Of a stretch of 64,000 bases of DNA, positions 1 to 12,451 are shown in pieces (positions within the stretch are counted from its first letter, which is position 1; every line of letters begins with the position of its first letter). The translations under genes and the position numbers were made by a program. The notes below the pieces were generated by a model, which had not been told where the DNA came from, searched no databases, and saw nothing but the letters and a program-made list of their open reading frames with translations. The DNA comes from Amphiscolops sp. MND2022 (taxonomy: Eukaryota), in the NCBI GenBank assembly GCA_964187785.1, contig OZ076421.1:27280001-27344000 (forward strand), given 5' to 3'.

Positions 1-1139
1 ACGAAAAGCGCCGACTAAAAAGGGGTGGCTTTTGGGAAAGACAAGCAGTAGTTTTGGAGTTGATTTGAAGTTTTTCTAATTCTTGCATCGTTCTTCGTTT
101 CCTTTTCGAGTAGTTCGAGCATGAAATGACATGAAATTGAAATGAATCACTGAGAGGTCACATTTTCCGTTGAGATTCATTACTTCGTGTGGCTTTTTGA
201 TTGACACTAGCGTGGTGATGAAAGAACTTAGTGAGCGTGAAAATAAGTCTAGACGATGGAAAATGAAAAGACAGGAAGAGTTATGCCTGTAGAGACGGCG
301 GGAAAAAACTCGAAAATGAACGTCTTAGTGATGAAATCAAAGAGAAGAGTTATGAGAATGATTTTATTGAGGGAACGTACTTCAAGTTTTGGAGTTCAAT
401 ATACTTTTGTCAATAGCCAAAGGCTTGTATGTACATGATGAATTAAATCTACGGAAGTTTGAAGATTTAGATGTAATTGTGCAGGTTGATTAAAAACTTC
501 ATGATTTCGGCCTGCGACAGGGGGGTGAAACTTAAAGCAGTGGAAGTTTGTTGAATTAAATGGACTGATAGTGTTCTGAGAGAATGTCGTCGATTGGTGG
601 GTTTGGTTCTAAGAGAGCAGGAGAACGTGAATGGATCTCAGAATGTACAAGAGCAACATTATCTCCTTGGGAAGAAACATTATGAGGACTGTGTGAGTGT
701 TAAAGGGTTTTAGTTGAACTTCGTTCAAATATTTGTCCAGAATGAGGAGCTATTAGGATTGTAGATTAAGCGTGTAGAAAGCTATTGGTTGCTGTTTTTT
801 TTTCAAAGAGTTGTGTGAGTAGAGAGAAGAAAGTTGATAACTTTTACTTAACTTTTTCAAATCGAAATGTGAGGTGTTCGAGAGAAAATTTGTGAAGTTT
901 TGAGTTTGAGTTTGATTTTATGTGCGTACCTTAGGTATGTGGGAACGGAACTCCACGAGCACCAGTCGACCACACGTGGACTAAAAGATCTACACCTAGC
1001 TCTGAACCGGGACGTTGACTTTTAGCTCTGAACAAGCTATCGGATAATGAGCCACTGAGCGATGACTTGTTTCTGAGGATGTCAAGGACATCGCCAACGG
1101 ACATTAACACGAAAAGAAAGACATACTATTCATGAAACC

Positions 1140-2160
1140 AGATGACACTCAATGTGAAAATTCCTTCCGCAGCAGCGTGCAATGCACGTACGACCGTGCA
1201 GGGTCGTCATACTCTAGCTGTATCAATATGAGCGCACGATGAATCAGGGCACCAGGGCGCAGATGAAGTGTTAGAAAGAATACAAGAGCGGCAAAACTGG
1301 CCAGGCATCCAGCCTGATGTCGTAAATCTCATCAAGAACTGTTTGACTTGCCTGTAGACAAAGCATCCCGCAGGAAATCCTTGCTATCCTTTTCATAAAC
1401 AGCAGCAACTTCAACGATTTAGTTCGTTTTGATTATCTGAAGCTGTGCAAATCAGCTTCAGGAAACACAGGACTATTAGCCATCATAGTTCACTTCACTA
1501 AGTTTGCAGAAGCAGTTCCTTGCACTCATGACGATTATGATGGGCCTGCCTGGTTGCAATTTGACAATGCGACTAATTTTACAGCAGAAGTTGCACAAGA
1601 ACCCATGAAGGCTCCGCAGGTAACCAAAGTGACCTCCACTCTCGCTCACCTAAGGCGTAATGGCTTAGTAGAAAAACAACAACAGGACACTACTGACACT
1701 ACTCAGAATCTACACCTTACGATTCTCGTAGGATTGGGAAGAGCACATAGACGGAGTCTTTGCTAAATGCAATTCCACTGGTTACGTAATTACATAGCTC
1801 TCACCGTGCATGTTCAAGCATGTAGATCTGAGAAGTCAATTCGGCTCTCCTCCATTTACCTTTGCAGCAAGAAGTTTTGAGTCGAAGGAGGAATTCGTAG
1901 GGCAAATGTTAGCTGGACAGCAATAAATTCATGAAATAGTCCTCATGAATACACACCAAGCACAGTTGAAACACAAGTTTGACAAACACCTGAAAGCCCA
2001 AGCTCACACCGTAGGCGACGCCTTATGAGTTTTCTGCTACATAATACCCTAAAGGTGGTACCCGCAAGCTCATTCACGCTTGGCGTGGACCTCACAAAGT
2101 GACCGACGTACTACAAGACGGCAGGCCATATGTGCTAGACACGGTCCAAAAAGTTCATTT
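1140..2160 (+). pseudogene. Gypsy integrase (HHCC remnant, DDE core, GPY/F), frameshifted
   Basis: Motifs xDNxxxFT, NGLVE and KLxxxWRGP read in shifting frames with stops. Confidence 0.85.
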
Positions 2161-2797
2161 TGAGTGCCTGAAAAAACACCCTGGGACTGGGCGACGCATC
2201 AACTCTTTGGGTTGAAGCAGAACGTGGCCGTTATCACAGATGCGTATGCTGTAGAAAGCAACCAAGAGATAGCATCTGACTTATCGCAAGACTCCAGCTT
2301 GGAAGTCCCGTCGGAGTCTGAGTCAGATCCTGAGATGACAGAACAACCTATACAAGAAGCACAACAACCCGTGGTGTTCCCTGAGCTGGATGACTGGGAA
2401 CCAAGGTTTTCCAATCAAGAGGAGATCTTGTCGGAACCTTGGGAGAGTTTTCTACCCTCAATGACAGAAACATTGGCACCCCTGCCTTCGAACCCGTCAC
2501 TCACGGAAATGCTCAGCAACTTCCCACTGGTCAGTTCCCAAGCTGGTAACTCCACACAGCCAGAACCCTCAGTGGAAAATGAGCACCAGAAGTGAGATGA
2601 AGAAGAGATGGACTCCATCCTCCAACCCACAATTCCTTCACCACCCAGTGGTTCAAAAGGCATTAGAGGTAGACCAAGAGGAAGACCCCAGCTCGTAGGA
2701 GAGGAAGAACAACGACAGGATCACGAAGACAATGCACTCGATCGCACAGAACTCGGAATCGAACAAGTGTCATTGCAAGTGGAACCATCCCACCTGA

Positions 2798-2860
2798 GAC
2801 GCAAAAGAGTACCGCCATATTGATGTGGAACATGTGGTTCCCGCAACTGAACTTGCAACG
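2798..2860 (+). pseudogene. Small Cys motif RKRVPPYxCGTCGSRNxTC in the post-integrase region
   Basis: Two in-frame TGA stops here; the homologue in the second element (28156-28094) is QKRPPRYKCGKCELRDCVC. Confidence 0.6.
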
Positions 2861-3237
2861 ACTTAGTTGACAAGCGAACTCCTGACCAGAAATAGGCCCG
2901 GAAGCGGATGCCCTTGCTCAAGAGTTAGTGGACACGAACACATCAGATCACTCCACAACACGGAATCCTTTCCATTTGGGCAAAAACCCAGAGCTTCCCA
3001 CTAGTGCACTTGAAAAGACAATTTGTAGTACTGAACCAGGAGTGGTTCCACCACTAGACACCATTTTGAAAGCCATGCATGGAACCTCACCCACAGATTG
3101 TCCTAACTTTGGTTTCAAAGAATGGACGCGACATAAAAAGAGCGGATTAGAGCTAAGCACACTAGCTGCAATCATACCCCAACACTTCCACCAATGATGG
3201 TGTTTCGGAGTGTGAACCCGAGGACACAAATCTAGCA

Positions 3238-4195
3238 ATGGTACGCCGTAACACCGCGCATCGGCTTTGGGACCAATACGGTGTGACCTCTCCTCCTGGA
3301 GATATAAATCACCATTCCGACGGCTGGTGGCTACTAGTCACCTCCCGAGACGAAACGTCACCAGCGACACCCGGGACCCTGTTAAGTTGTCTAAAGACTT
3401 TTCCTACCCTCGCAGAGTTTGACATCACACTTTGTTACCACTTAGCGGGAACATTTCGTGGAAAAATCTTCACCCAACATTGGTTACAGCAACTAGCGAT
3501 AATTTTCTGTCGACAAGCAAAAATACGCCTTATGGATAAACACACCTACATGTTTGGAAACCCCGTAACGGAGCGTGAGGCCCTCGTAAGTGTAAGTGTC
3601 CATGATTGGTTCTGCACGAGCCTCGGAAACCAGCCGTCACACAGAACGGTGTGGCAAGACCTCAGGGGCTTAGTTGACCATCTAACATCACTTCGAAACA
3701 GTCCGAGCACCTCTACGGGAAGATTGTTGACAAAACAGCCGAAAGTCAACACAAACTATCTACCATGAGTATCCTATGACGAATAGGACATCTTGCAAGA
3801 GTGCGGTACCGTGGTAGTCTGCTATCGAGCGGACCTTACATCTTATTCAGAGTTGTAACGCGCTACGTGATTCGGGAATACTGACCTGAAAACATTTTAA
3901 AGCAACGACCAGCAGTAGGAAATGCTATGCACCTAGCCAAGTCACCATGGAACAATGACATCTTCCTAATGTTCACGAGAGCCTCCAACAAACGTCCCAT
4001 GTTGCATGATGTATTACATCTGTGTTTGAAAGACCTAGTTCACAAGCTCACTCGAAATCGCATTCTGCAAGCCAGTTTCCTATCTACGACCCATAAAGAT
4101 CAGTTAATTTTCTAGCAACATGGTACGCTGTATTGAAAGATCATTTTATTGTCTCCAATATCATTATAGTCCTCCACGATGGAGTATACGTTTCA
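3238..4195 (+). pseudogene. Tandem TARG1/OARD1-like macrodomain ORF of the Gypsy element (stops and frameshifts after 3768)
   Basis: Domain A: WWLLVTSRDETSPATPGTLLSCLKTF...FRGKIFTQHWLQQLAIIF. Domain B (in frame after TGA 3766-3768): VSYDExDILQECGTVVVCYRADL...ILKQRPAVGNAMHL...IFLMFTRASNKRP...LHLCLKDL...FPIYDP...WYAVLKDHF...NIIIVLH. Both follow the OARD1 pattern. Confidence 0.6.
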
Positions 4196-6039
4196 ATTGG
4201 ATCAGTCACAAAAAACAAATGGCAACAAACAAGCACAAGTTAGTTTCAGCACCAAAAGCTCAAAGGAATAGTCACTCTTGAAGCCACTGGCCTTCTTTTA
4301 ACCGTTCGTTTCGTTTCACTCGATTGTCGAATCTGAGAATTGTCCAAAAAGTTTTAGTTGTCAATGACTCCGCGCCTATTCGCATTTTGTTCCAGTTTAT
4401 AAAAAAAGAAGATTTTAACTGCAACTGCTGCCAGTTTTTTTTCAGTTCAGTTCTGTCACTGCGTCCTTGCGTGGCATCAGACCTTACGAGACAGACCCCG
4501 GTATAGTGGATTTCAGTCACACAGTGTAATCTGTTAGTTCCGTAAAATGGTCAATCAGCGTAAGTCTATCAAGAGAGTTTATGCATGGATGGTAAAACGC
4601 AGCGGTGTCAAAGAGCGTAATGAAAAATAGGTTAAACAAGTCAAGGCGCGTTGTTAGTGAAAATGGGTAGTTAGTCCCAAAACACTTTTCCGTATTCAAG
4701 TCAAACTTTGACTAATTTCTTCTATCGCAAGAAAAGCGATCTGCACTTTGCAAAAAAGTGGAATGCGGTCAAAGTTTGACTAATATATACTATGTTTGTA
4801 TGCGTTCACAATTCGGTGTTCATTTTAATTCCCAATTATACCACCATATCGTAAAACAGCCAAGTTAAGCAGTGATTCATTGAATAATTAGTTACTATTA
4901 CCATGCAGTACAGTACATAGAACGTATGAACTGCATTGTGCACGTGTACACGTGTATTTTATCCATGCATTTTACGTGCAATTAATCAACTGTGTTAACT
5001 AGTGCACTGACTCATCAATGCTTGTATTGTGTCACAAGTGTAAAGTTTCCAAAACATATTCGCGCCTGATTTGATAAAAATCGAATCAGCAGGATCCTAT
5101 TAGTTCGTTACCAGGATATGTCTCGTAATGCAGTAACAACCTCGCAACATCAACTGATTCTTCCCAAGGTGCTACTTGTTAACGCAGTATAGTATTACTT
5201 CTTGCCTGTACACAGTGCTTCAGCCTTTCACAATAGTGAGATTTTGACTATTCAACTTTCTGAGCCTTGTGGATCATACTGACAAAGATAAGAAAACGAT
5301 ATAATTATCTTCAGATCACTTTCGTCTAATTACTGTAAGGAACTTAGCAATGGTGAAAGCTTTTAAGACTGGAGACGGTTATGAATTCAATCACAGTGGT
5401 ATTCAAAACATCGGCGTCCTGACTATTGATGCAGCCCGTGAGTTTAGTGAAACTTTTCAATACAGGAAATAGTTCCGAGTGCATTCGCATGCTTGTGGTC
5501 TGACTGATGTCATTCGTTCCAGGTCTAATGTTGTCCGCTTTTAAACTGCTTGTTCTGCCCAACCCTCATACACTTGAATGCAGGATTAGTGAAGTTTCAG
5601 AAATCAAGAAGAACAGAGTGACTGATATGGATCCCAACACACATGTTGTTTCGATTTTCTATGTGTTTTGTTTCCATATTGGTGCTTTTGACACGAAGTT
5701 ATTTTTTGACATGCTTTGCATTACTGTTTCAAGATCATTACTCTACTTCACCTCCTTTGAGTGTTTTTGTGCTTTTTTGATAGGTAGGTAGGTATGTCCC
5801 AACTTGGTACCTCTTTGCTTGACAGATCATAAGAAGTGCAATTAACAGTTTCGCACCCGTATTTTCTGTAATGTCCCACAGAGCCGCATGAAGAAACTCT
5901 AACAGGACTTGTATCGATTGAATTGCACAAAACTGATTTTATCGTCGAAACATCCGAAAAAAGTGCTACCAGATCAATGTAGAATTCTTTTGAAAAAATA
6001 AATTGTAAAAAAAACTATATATTTTGTTGCTAACACCCA

Positions 6040-6430
6040 GTAGGTATAAATTTTCTCTCGTTTGCCGAGGACGATAAACTGCGGCCCGGGGAGAATGTAA
6101 CGTCAGTTAGCTGACTTACAAAACTTCGTTGAAAGTATTAAAGCGTGCGATATCACCAAATGTACAAAAAACGGAATGACCGACCTAGCAGGTACCGAAA
6201 ATCGTAAAGAGAGACAAAAAACGTAAATGATTTCCCAAACCATCCTTGATAGCTAAGAAGAACGCAGAAAAAATCGTAGAAGAGGGAGAAGATAGGAAGT
6301 CCCAGTGTTGTGCCGTCTCATCCAGGAAAATGTCTTGGATTACCCAGAAAAGAGGTACAACCCGTCAATGGTTTATCCCAAAAACTCTGAAAACTTCATG
6401 AGAGTGCCGGATGTGCTATTTACAGTTAAT
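6040..6430 (+). pseudogene. Highly decayed LINE reverse-transcriptase C-terminal fragment
   Basis: FAEDDKL at ~6061 resembles the FADDxKL motif, followed by an ITKC-like motif. Little else is recognisable. Confidence 0.35.
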
Positions 6431-6676
6431 TCCGTTGCCATTGATGATTTTTTTGCAGATTTTTGATGGTGGCGGATCAAGCAGATCCATATTTTCTCGA
6501 ACTTGAATCTTATTCTGCATAGATTTTGTACTTTAGCTGAACACCTGTTTTGGACCTCGGGAGTATGTAGGAAATGTCCTATTTCAGCAACCTAGTTTAC
6601 ATTAAAACATGAGAACTATCCTCAGGACAGCCACTCTCCCCCCACTTGTTCTCCTCTCACTCTTATTACGTCACTC

Positions 6677-9142
6677 TGTACAAATGCACTCCCAGATGCA
6701 AGTAGGCATCGGCAGAGGACATGGCTGTGGCTCAAAGTTCTCAAGATGGTACTTCAACAGTTAGACGTAAACTTTAAGTGAAATATCTGTTACTAAACCT
6801 AGAACAAAAACTACTGTCGAGCGAATACAAAAATGAAAATACCAAAACGAAAGTACCAAAATTGAACGCATCTAAAACGGAAATGAGAGCCAAAAATGAA
6901 CAGAATAAACAATTTTTCACATGTTTCTGCTGAGACGTTCAAGGGGCGCAATACTACAGTCATTCTCAACCTGGAAGCAGTATTAAGACTAATTTAGAGC
7001 CAAAAATCATACGCTAATCTAAACAGAAATTAAAGGAACAATGATTTCTAAGATGAGAACATACTCTGATCTAAAATAGAAGATACATTTAAGACAATTT
7101 TAAAACAATTACGCCTCTCTGAGAAAAGGCAGCTTCATTGCTCTTTGAACAGCAGTTAGTGCAGATAAGGACGATAAATCGATGCTAAGTAAACAAATAT
7201 GGCCGCCGCGGCTGATATCACTATGTTAGTGACGTCAGCAATACGTCACCAACTAGAGGGCTAGATGAAAGCATTCCAAATTACTCTTCGGTGTGACGTC
7301 ATAAGCTTGGCGGCTAGCTAGAATTTCCCTCCAAAATACTCGTCGGCAACTCGTCAAACATGTCAGCCTGCCAAGCTAGCTAAGAAAATTTGTCAACTCT
7401 ACGTCGCAAATCCATGAAAATGAACGATATAATAATATTAAACTCAAAAGAATAGCTGTTTTAGAAGAAAGATATCAGATAGAACTGGCATAATCTGCGT
7501 CAGTATGGCAACAATTACTGAAGGAGTTTCAGGTGGGTCAAGTCTTTATACATCACGCTTGCGTTAAACTACAACAACAAACAAGACAAATCGTAGTACA
7601 CGTCTGTTTTTTGTCACATGTAGACAAATTATCGAGAATGATGAAAATGCTCGAAATGCCTACTTTAAAGGAATGTCGAATTGTTTTACGATTGGAAGTC
7701 ACAGTTTATATCCATTGCGAGTTAGATGTAAATATAACATTTGTATTAGAAGTATTCCATACGTTTGGTTTTATACATGACAATAATAACTATTCTATGA
7801 AACAGCTGGCTTGCTTGAATGCCATGTTGGTGATAAAAGGTGCTATATGGCCTCTTTTGATTCCGTTGCAAATTGGTATATAGTATTCGTACTGGCGTTT
7901 TGTACCTGTTGCTACAATAGTATTTTTTGATAAGTGTTTTCCTTATAAGTCAATGAACCTGATATCAATGTTGAGATATTGCCAATAATATGACAAATTA
8001 CCTGTAAAACTACTCCGCGTTTTTGACTCGTTATTGTTTAAAACGTTCACAATCTAGAGTACTTGTGTTAATTGTCATTGTCAACTCGACAAACGGTATA
8101 ACGTTGCATATAATCAGTTGAGAGTTTGATAAATACAAGGATGCTACTCTTGGTTTTAATTAAAACACATGTTAGTGTGAGTCGGGTATCTCTTAGTATC
8201 ATAAATTGGTCCATTTTAAAGATTAGTCATATTTTAATTCAACTTGAAATTCAAAACCAGGTGTTAGTCGTTCACGCCAGCGTTATCTCCGCGTCAATTT
8301 CCCCAAAGCGAACCAAAGCAGTAAAATAGGAAAAAATTTCCAGTTTGATCGAGTTCATTAAAGTTTACTTCCTGCTTTGGAGGAATTAAAAAAGACGCCG
8401 GAGTGAAGAGTTGTGATCATGCGAGATGACCAATACCAGGCCAAGATCTTCGTGTCTTGAAAATTGACGAAATGTCGACGTAAATTGAGGATCAACTTGA
8501 AATTCTCTTCTGAAATACAGGAAATGAATAATTGTTCAGGGAAAATTGAGAACATTTTCGTGATCAAATGATGCTAGGAGGTTATAAATACCATAGAATT
8601 CGGAAACGAAGGGACTCAGTCTTTTGTTTTGATAAAGTGCAGTTGATCTATATCTCACGCTTTGAAGCTTTTGTTTTGCCTTTGCTAAAAGCAAACAATC
8701 AGAACTCAATCGAAAACAAATACTTAAACTCTTTGCATCAAGATGTCTACAACAAGAAGTCAAAAAAGGAAGAACAACCATCAGGATAGCGTCGAGAACG
8801 TAAGTGAGAGTTTAATTTCTCCAGTTGCTGTAGGATTCCCCGGTCTTCTGGACCAAGACGTGTTAGTTGTGGGCCCTTCCAGTGCAAATACCCCAGGATT
8901 GAAAATAGTGTCTTAGAATGTTTGAGAGCTTCTTTGAAACAGAAGAGGACATCTGAGATTAAGAAGCTCCTGGTAGATCCCAAAATAAGATGCTGAAGCT
9001 GTTAAACTGTAAAACAGGAGAAAATGCAAGGGAAGATGATGAAAAGACTTAGAGAATGAAACTAGAAGTTTCTATACTCCTACAAAATCGGTGAGGATAA
9101 ACTCTACTCAGAATAGCGACCCATGTACAAGTCGTAAGAACA
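6677..9142 (+). mobile_element. Solo LTR A (~2.47 kb), decayed member of the MSTTRSQKR LTR family
   Basis: Its start resembles LTR C (TGTACAAATGCACTCCCAGAT vs TGTCACAGTCCGCTCCCGGAC). 8260-8340 closely matches the reverse complement of 48150-48240. It ends GTCGTAAGAACA. No TSD was found, so the ends are approximate. Confidence 0.7.
8743..9142 (+). pseudogene. LTR-borne N-terminal (gag leader-like) ORF MSTTRSQKRKNNHQD..., frameshifted
   Basis: Aligns by eye with ORF 47356-47754 (PRIENS..LRASLK...MLKLL...FYTPTKSVRI.STQN). Confidence 0.75.
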
Positions 9143-10299
9143 GTTGCCATCTTTAAATACGATGACACGAATGCTGACAAAACTTTTCTCATGGAATCCC
9201 ATCTTCGGTTACAGCCAGGCCAGATTTCGACCAGATTTGTGCTGCACTCGCGCGCGATAGCTGATTGATAAGTAAGCAGTTTATGCCAAACAATGTGACA
9301 TTGTTCTCACATTTTCAATAGAAAATCATACAGTTGTGTGTTTTTTCCAAAGATGCGATGAAAGGAAAACATTTGATGGACCAAATTAACAAGACTAGAG
9401 TATGAAAAACATGCTTAGAAAAAGGAAAAATTAATTGTAGTTTCTAGATTTGAATAATTTAAATGGTTAGTTTTGTCAATGAATGACGAATTGATTTTCA
9501 TACATGCTAATACGGTACAATACACAATACCTTCATTTTCGTTCATGATGTTCATTCAAACTCAACATAGTAACAACAATAGTTCCGTTTTTTTTTCAAA
9601 AAAAGGGTTTTCCTAGTAGAATGATAAAATTAAAACTACCAAAAAGAATAATTTTCAATGACAATGGCATATAGGCTTCATATATTTGAACAACGCCGAA
9701 ATACCTATCTATCTCAACTACACTATCTACACAATTTTAATCACTACCTCATTTACACCGCCGGTCAAAGATGAAAATGAAATGAGGTTCCCTTCGGTGG
9801 TATATTCCAGCTGGGTACTCCTGATCACTTTACAAGATGACTTTACCATACAGTAAAAAAACACAATCATCGATAGGCGAAGCAAAAGGAAATTTTCTTA
9901 AAGTAAAACCTCGCCTTTTGTTCCGCTTTTACTTAAAAACAATTTAGATCAAATGGAACCCATTTAAGATGTACTTTGTATGTCGCTTACTTTGACAATA
10001 TGCAATTTACAATTCAAGGCCCAAGAGAACTTCTAATCCATAAGAGCTGCTGTAACGGGGCCGTTCGTGGAGATGGAGGAACCTATGACAACTCTAATAA
10101 ATTCAGCATACTTACCTGAGGGCGCTGCCACAGACAACAAATTGAAACTACCAGACGTTCGATGAACTATTTGATACCCTTGCATTTTATGTTTTTTATG
10201 TTTTGTAAACGAATAGTTACGTTGCTACTAATAGTATTAGAAAACTAGCATTAGACACCAAACGCACAAGCGAGAAGGAAACGAGTTCTCGCTTGGCGT

Positions 10300-10872
10300 G
10301 GTGGAATACCGGTCCAAAGATATAATAGACTAATTAGCCTATTGTCCAAGTTTTCCCTCATTTTCGAAAAGGACATTTTGACTTCTCGTTTAACAAAATA
10401 AAGTATAGGATTACTCCTCGTCAACATGGTTTTCAATCAATGAAAAGTGCTGTGCTTCAGTTAATTGATTTCCTAGAGACTGCTCGGCTGAAAAACTCTT
10501 CTAACCTTTACACAGTGTACTTGGATTATGCCAAGGCTTTTGATAAGGTTCCTTTTGAAGTTTCACTTCGCAAACTTCGTTTACTTGGGTTGGATGAAAA
10601 CTTCCAGCATCTAATCAATTCTTACCTTTTTGACAGACAGCAAATTGTCATAGTGCAAAACCAAATGTTTCGCCAACTGCCAGTAATATGTGGCGTACCC
10701 CAGGGTTCGGTCTTGGGCCCTTTGTTGTTTCTCATATTTATAAGTTACATGCCTTAGCATCCTAGATGCTTTTGTGTGGCTTTTTGCTGATGACCTTAAA
10801 CTGCTGTTTGATTCCTTGGATTTTGAATCACATCTTGTACGTCTCCATTCCTGGAACATCGCAAATGGGATG
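10300..10872 (+). mobile_element. CR1/L2-type LINE, RT domain, left part (interrupted by solo LTR B)
   Basis: QHGF..KS..LQL; YLDYAKAFDKVP; GVPQGSVLGPLLFLIFI (ORF 10440-10757); FADDLKLL at ~10781; ends WNIANGM at the LTR junction. Confidence 0.9.
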
Positions 10873-11254
10873 TGTTACGACTATTTACCGGTGTAATTTT
10901 ACGAGTAGTCACAGTGGTTTTATTTTTGATTGGTGTTGAGGTTGCATTTTCCGGAATATTTTCGGATTCAGAATCTGTTTCTTCAGTGGCTGCTATGATG
11001 GTTTGCTTTTTAACGGGAGGAGCTATTAGTTTTAGCATCTCCTTTTGGTTCTCAGCTACGATTTTAGTAAGATCAGACATGATCTCTTTCCTCAACAAAG
11101 ATTTGATTTCCTCTAGATTTTCAGTGAGTACTCTAGGAGATTTACTCGTTCCCGCTACGGGATTTGAGTTTTGGCTAGTTTCAGGCATTGGAGTCTCAAT
11201 TTCAGTAGAAACTAATTCTTCAACAGCTTTTCTCTTCTGGCTTCTAGTAGTCAT
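10873..11254 (-). CDS. LTR-borne ORF MTTRSQKRKAVEELVS...PVNSRN (127 codons inside the LTR, reading out into the antisense LINE strand to 10796)
   Basis: Uninterrupted ORF 10796-11254; ATG lies 382 nt inside the LTR 3' end; homologous to the ORFs of LTRs A and C. Confidence 0.65.
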
Positions 11255-12208
11255 TTTTGAGAGAGAGAGAGAGGTTATTCTTTGGAAAACTCGAATTCTT
11301 CAAAGAAAATATGGTTTTGAAACGAAGTATTAACGTAGCAGATTAAAACAGATTAACAGAGTTTACATATTCTCAGGTATATCTACTTTCATAGCATCAT
11401 TTGTTTCTCACTTAAAAATTCCTAGGAATCCTTAAAATCGGTTTTGTTCATCAAAATTGCTTAATCATCCTCATTATTCCAACCCTTTAATTAATTGTTC
11501 ACGATTTAAAATTCCTAGTCACGGCTCCCTTACGGAGTGCTTGTTGAAATCATTTTTGTTCATTATCATCATTTCCGGTTTGATCGCGGAAAAGGCGGCA
11601 AAATGGAAGTCTAGTTGAATTTTCATCGCGAAAGGCACGCTGGCGTGATCAATGATTCATCTCGAGACTAGTGAAAATCATCTTGTTCGCGGTAAAAGAA
11701 TGACAAGCAAAATTGACTACGGAAATATCTCGGAGTGATTTTAGGTAAATGTGCTGGGAATATTTTGAAGAGAAAAAATGATGCTAGAAAATACTGAGTA
11801 TGAGCTGAGATGGCAAACAATATAACACAGAATCATTTTAAGCTTCTGAACTAATTTTACATGTATTGTAACATGATGGTTTGATTAATACAGATCAATG
11901 GCTCATTTAGCCCGAAAAACATAACATATTGAGTGTACAAAACATCCTTTTCAAAATGAAGGAAAGCACCTTTCTTTTAATGATTTCCTTTGTTTTAACC
12001 TGTAGTATGATCAATTTTATTAGGTGTTAAACGAGAACAATTCGGAAAGGTTTTATTTTAGTGTTACGAATGTTTTGAACATTCCTTTACGGTTCCGTAT
12101 AGCATAAGGAATATCTTGATATATTAGAACCATTTTGATCTTGCAGCATTTCTTTTTAGTCGTTCTGTATGTATTAACATTAGGCATAACTTTGTCATTT
12201 CACAATTT

Positions 12209-12365
12209 GCTCCGTAAGCGCTCCGTACGTATTAAGATTAGGTATAGCTTCTTCGCATTACAATTTGCTCCGTAAGCGCTCCGTACGTATTAAGATTAGG
12301 TATAGCTTCTTCGCATTACAATTTGTTCCGTAAGCGCTCCGTACGTATTAAGATTAGGTATAGCT
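12209..12365. repeat. 58-bp tandem repeat, ~2.7 near-identical copies plus a degenerate upstream copy, inside LTR B
   Basis: Unit GCTCCGTAAGCGCTCCGTACGTATTAAGATTAGGTATAGCTTCTTCGCATTACAATTT starts at 12209, 12267 and 12325. Confidence 0.95.
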
Positions 12366-12437
12366 GAGCAACGCTTGCTTGCGGAGACAGAGCGGACAGC
12401 ATTAACAAATTCATTCTTATTCTCTCGCTCAATTGGC

Positions 12438-12451
12438 GTTGCTATGGTAAC
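12438..12451. promoter_or_regulatory. RFX X-box-like palindrome GTTGCTATGGTAAC in LTR B
   Basis: Close match to the X-box consensus GTTGCCATGGCAAC; function untested. Confidence 0.4.

Larger units (their letters stand above)
940..4200 (+). mobile_element. 5'-truncated, decayed Ty3/Gypsy retrotransposon (integrase plus 3' accessory region); RT and LTRs not found
   Basis: Frameshifted translation gives the integrase Zn-finger remnant (HQG...KNCLTCL), core (QFDNATNFTAEV...NGLVEKQ, ORF 1554-1766) and GPY/F module (GGTRKLIHAWRGPHKVTDVLQDGRPYVLD, ~2053-2140). The downstream module is homologous to that of the 21.5-35.2 kb element. Confidence 0.85.

Noticed and set aside
1-940. Purine-rich stretch that looks like decayed coding sequence on the - strand
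   Set aside because: Stops in all frames and no recognisable motif.
4700-4780. tRNA-like cloverleaf
   Set aside because: No T-loop GTTCRA, no A/B boxes, and wrong arm geometry.
5080-5700. Possible integrase remnant (QLILPKVL; LTIDAAREF)
   Set aside because: Motifs too short and broken by stops; cannot be distinguished from chance.
9143-10200. Isolated splice-like signals and short open frames
   Set aside because: No consistent exon chain or protein motif.
12209-12365. CRISPR-like appearance of the 58-bp and 60-bp (32.4 kb) arrays
   Set aside because: Head-to-tail repeats with no unique spacers, no cas genes, and eukaryotic context.
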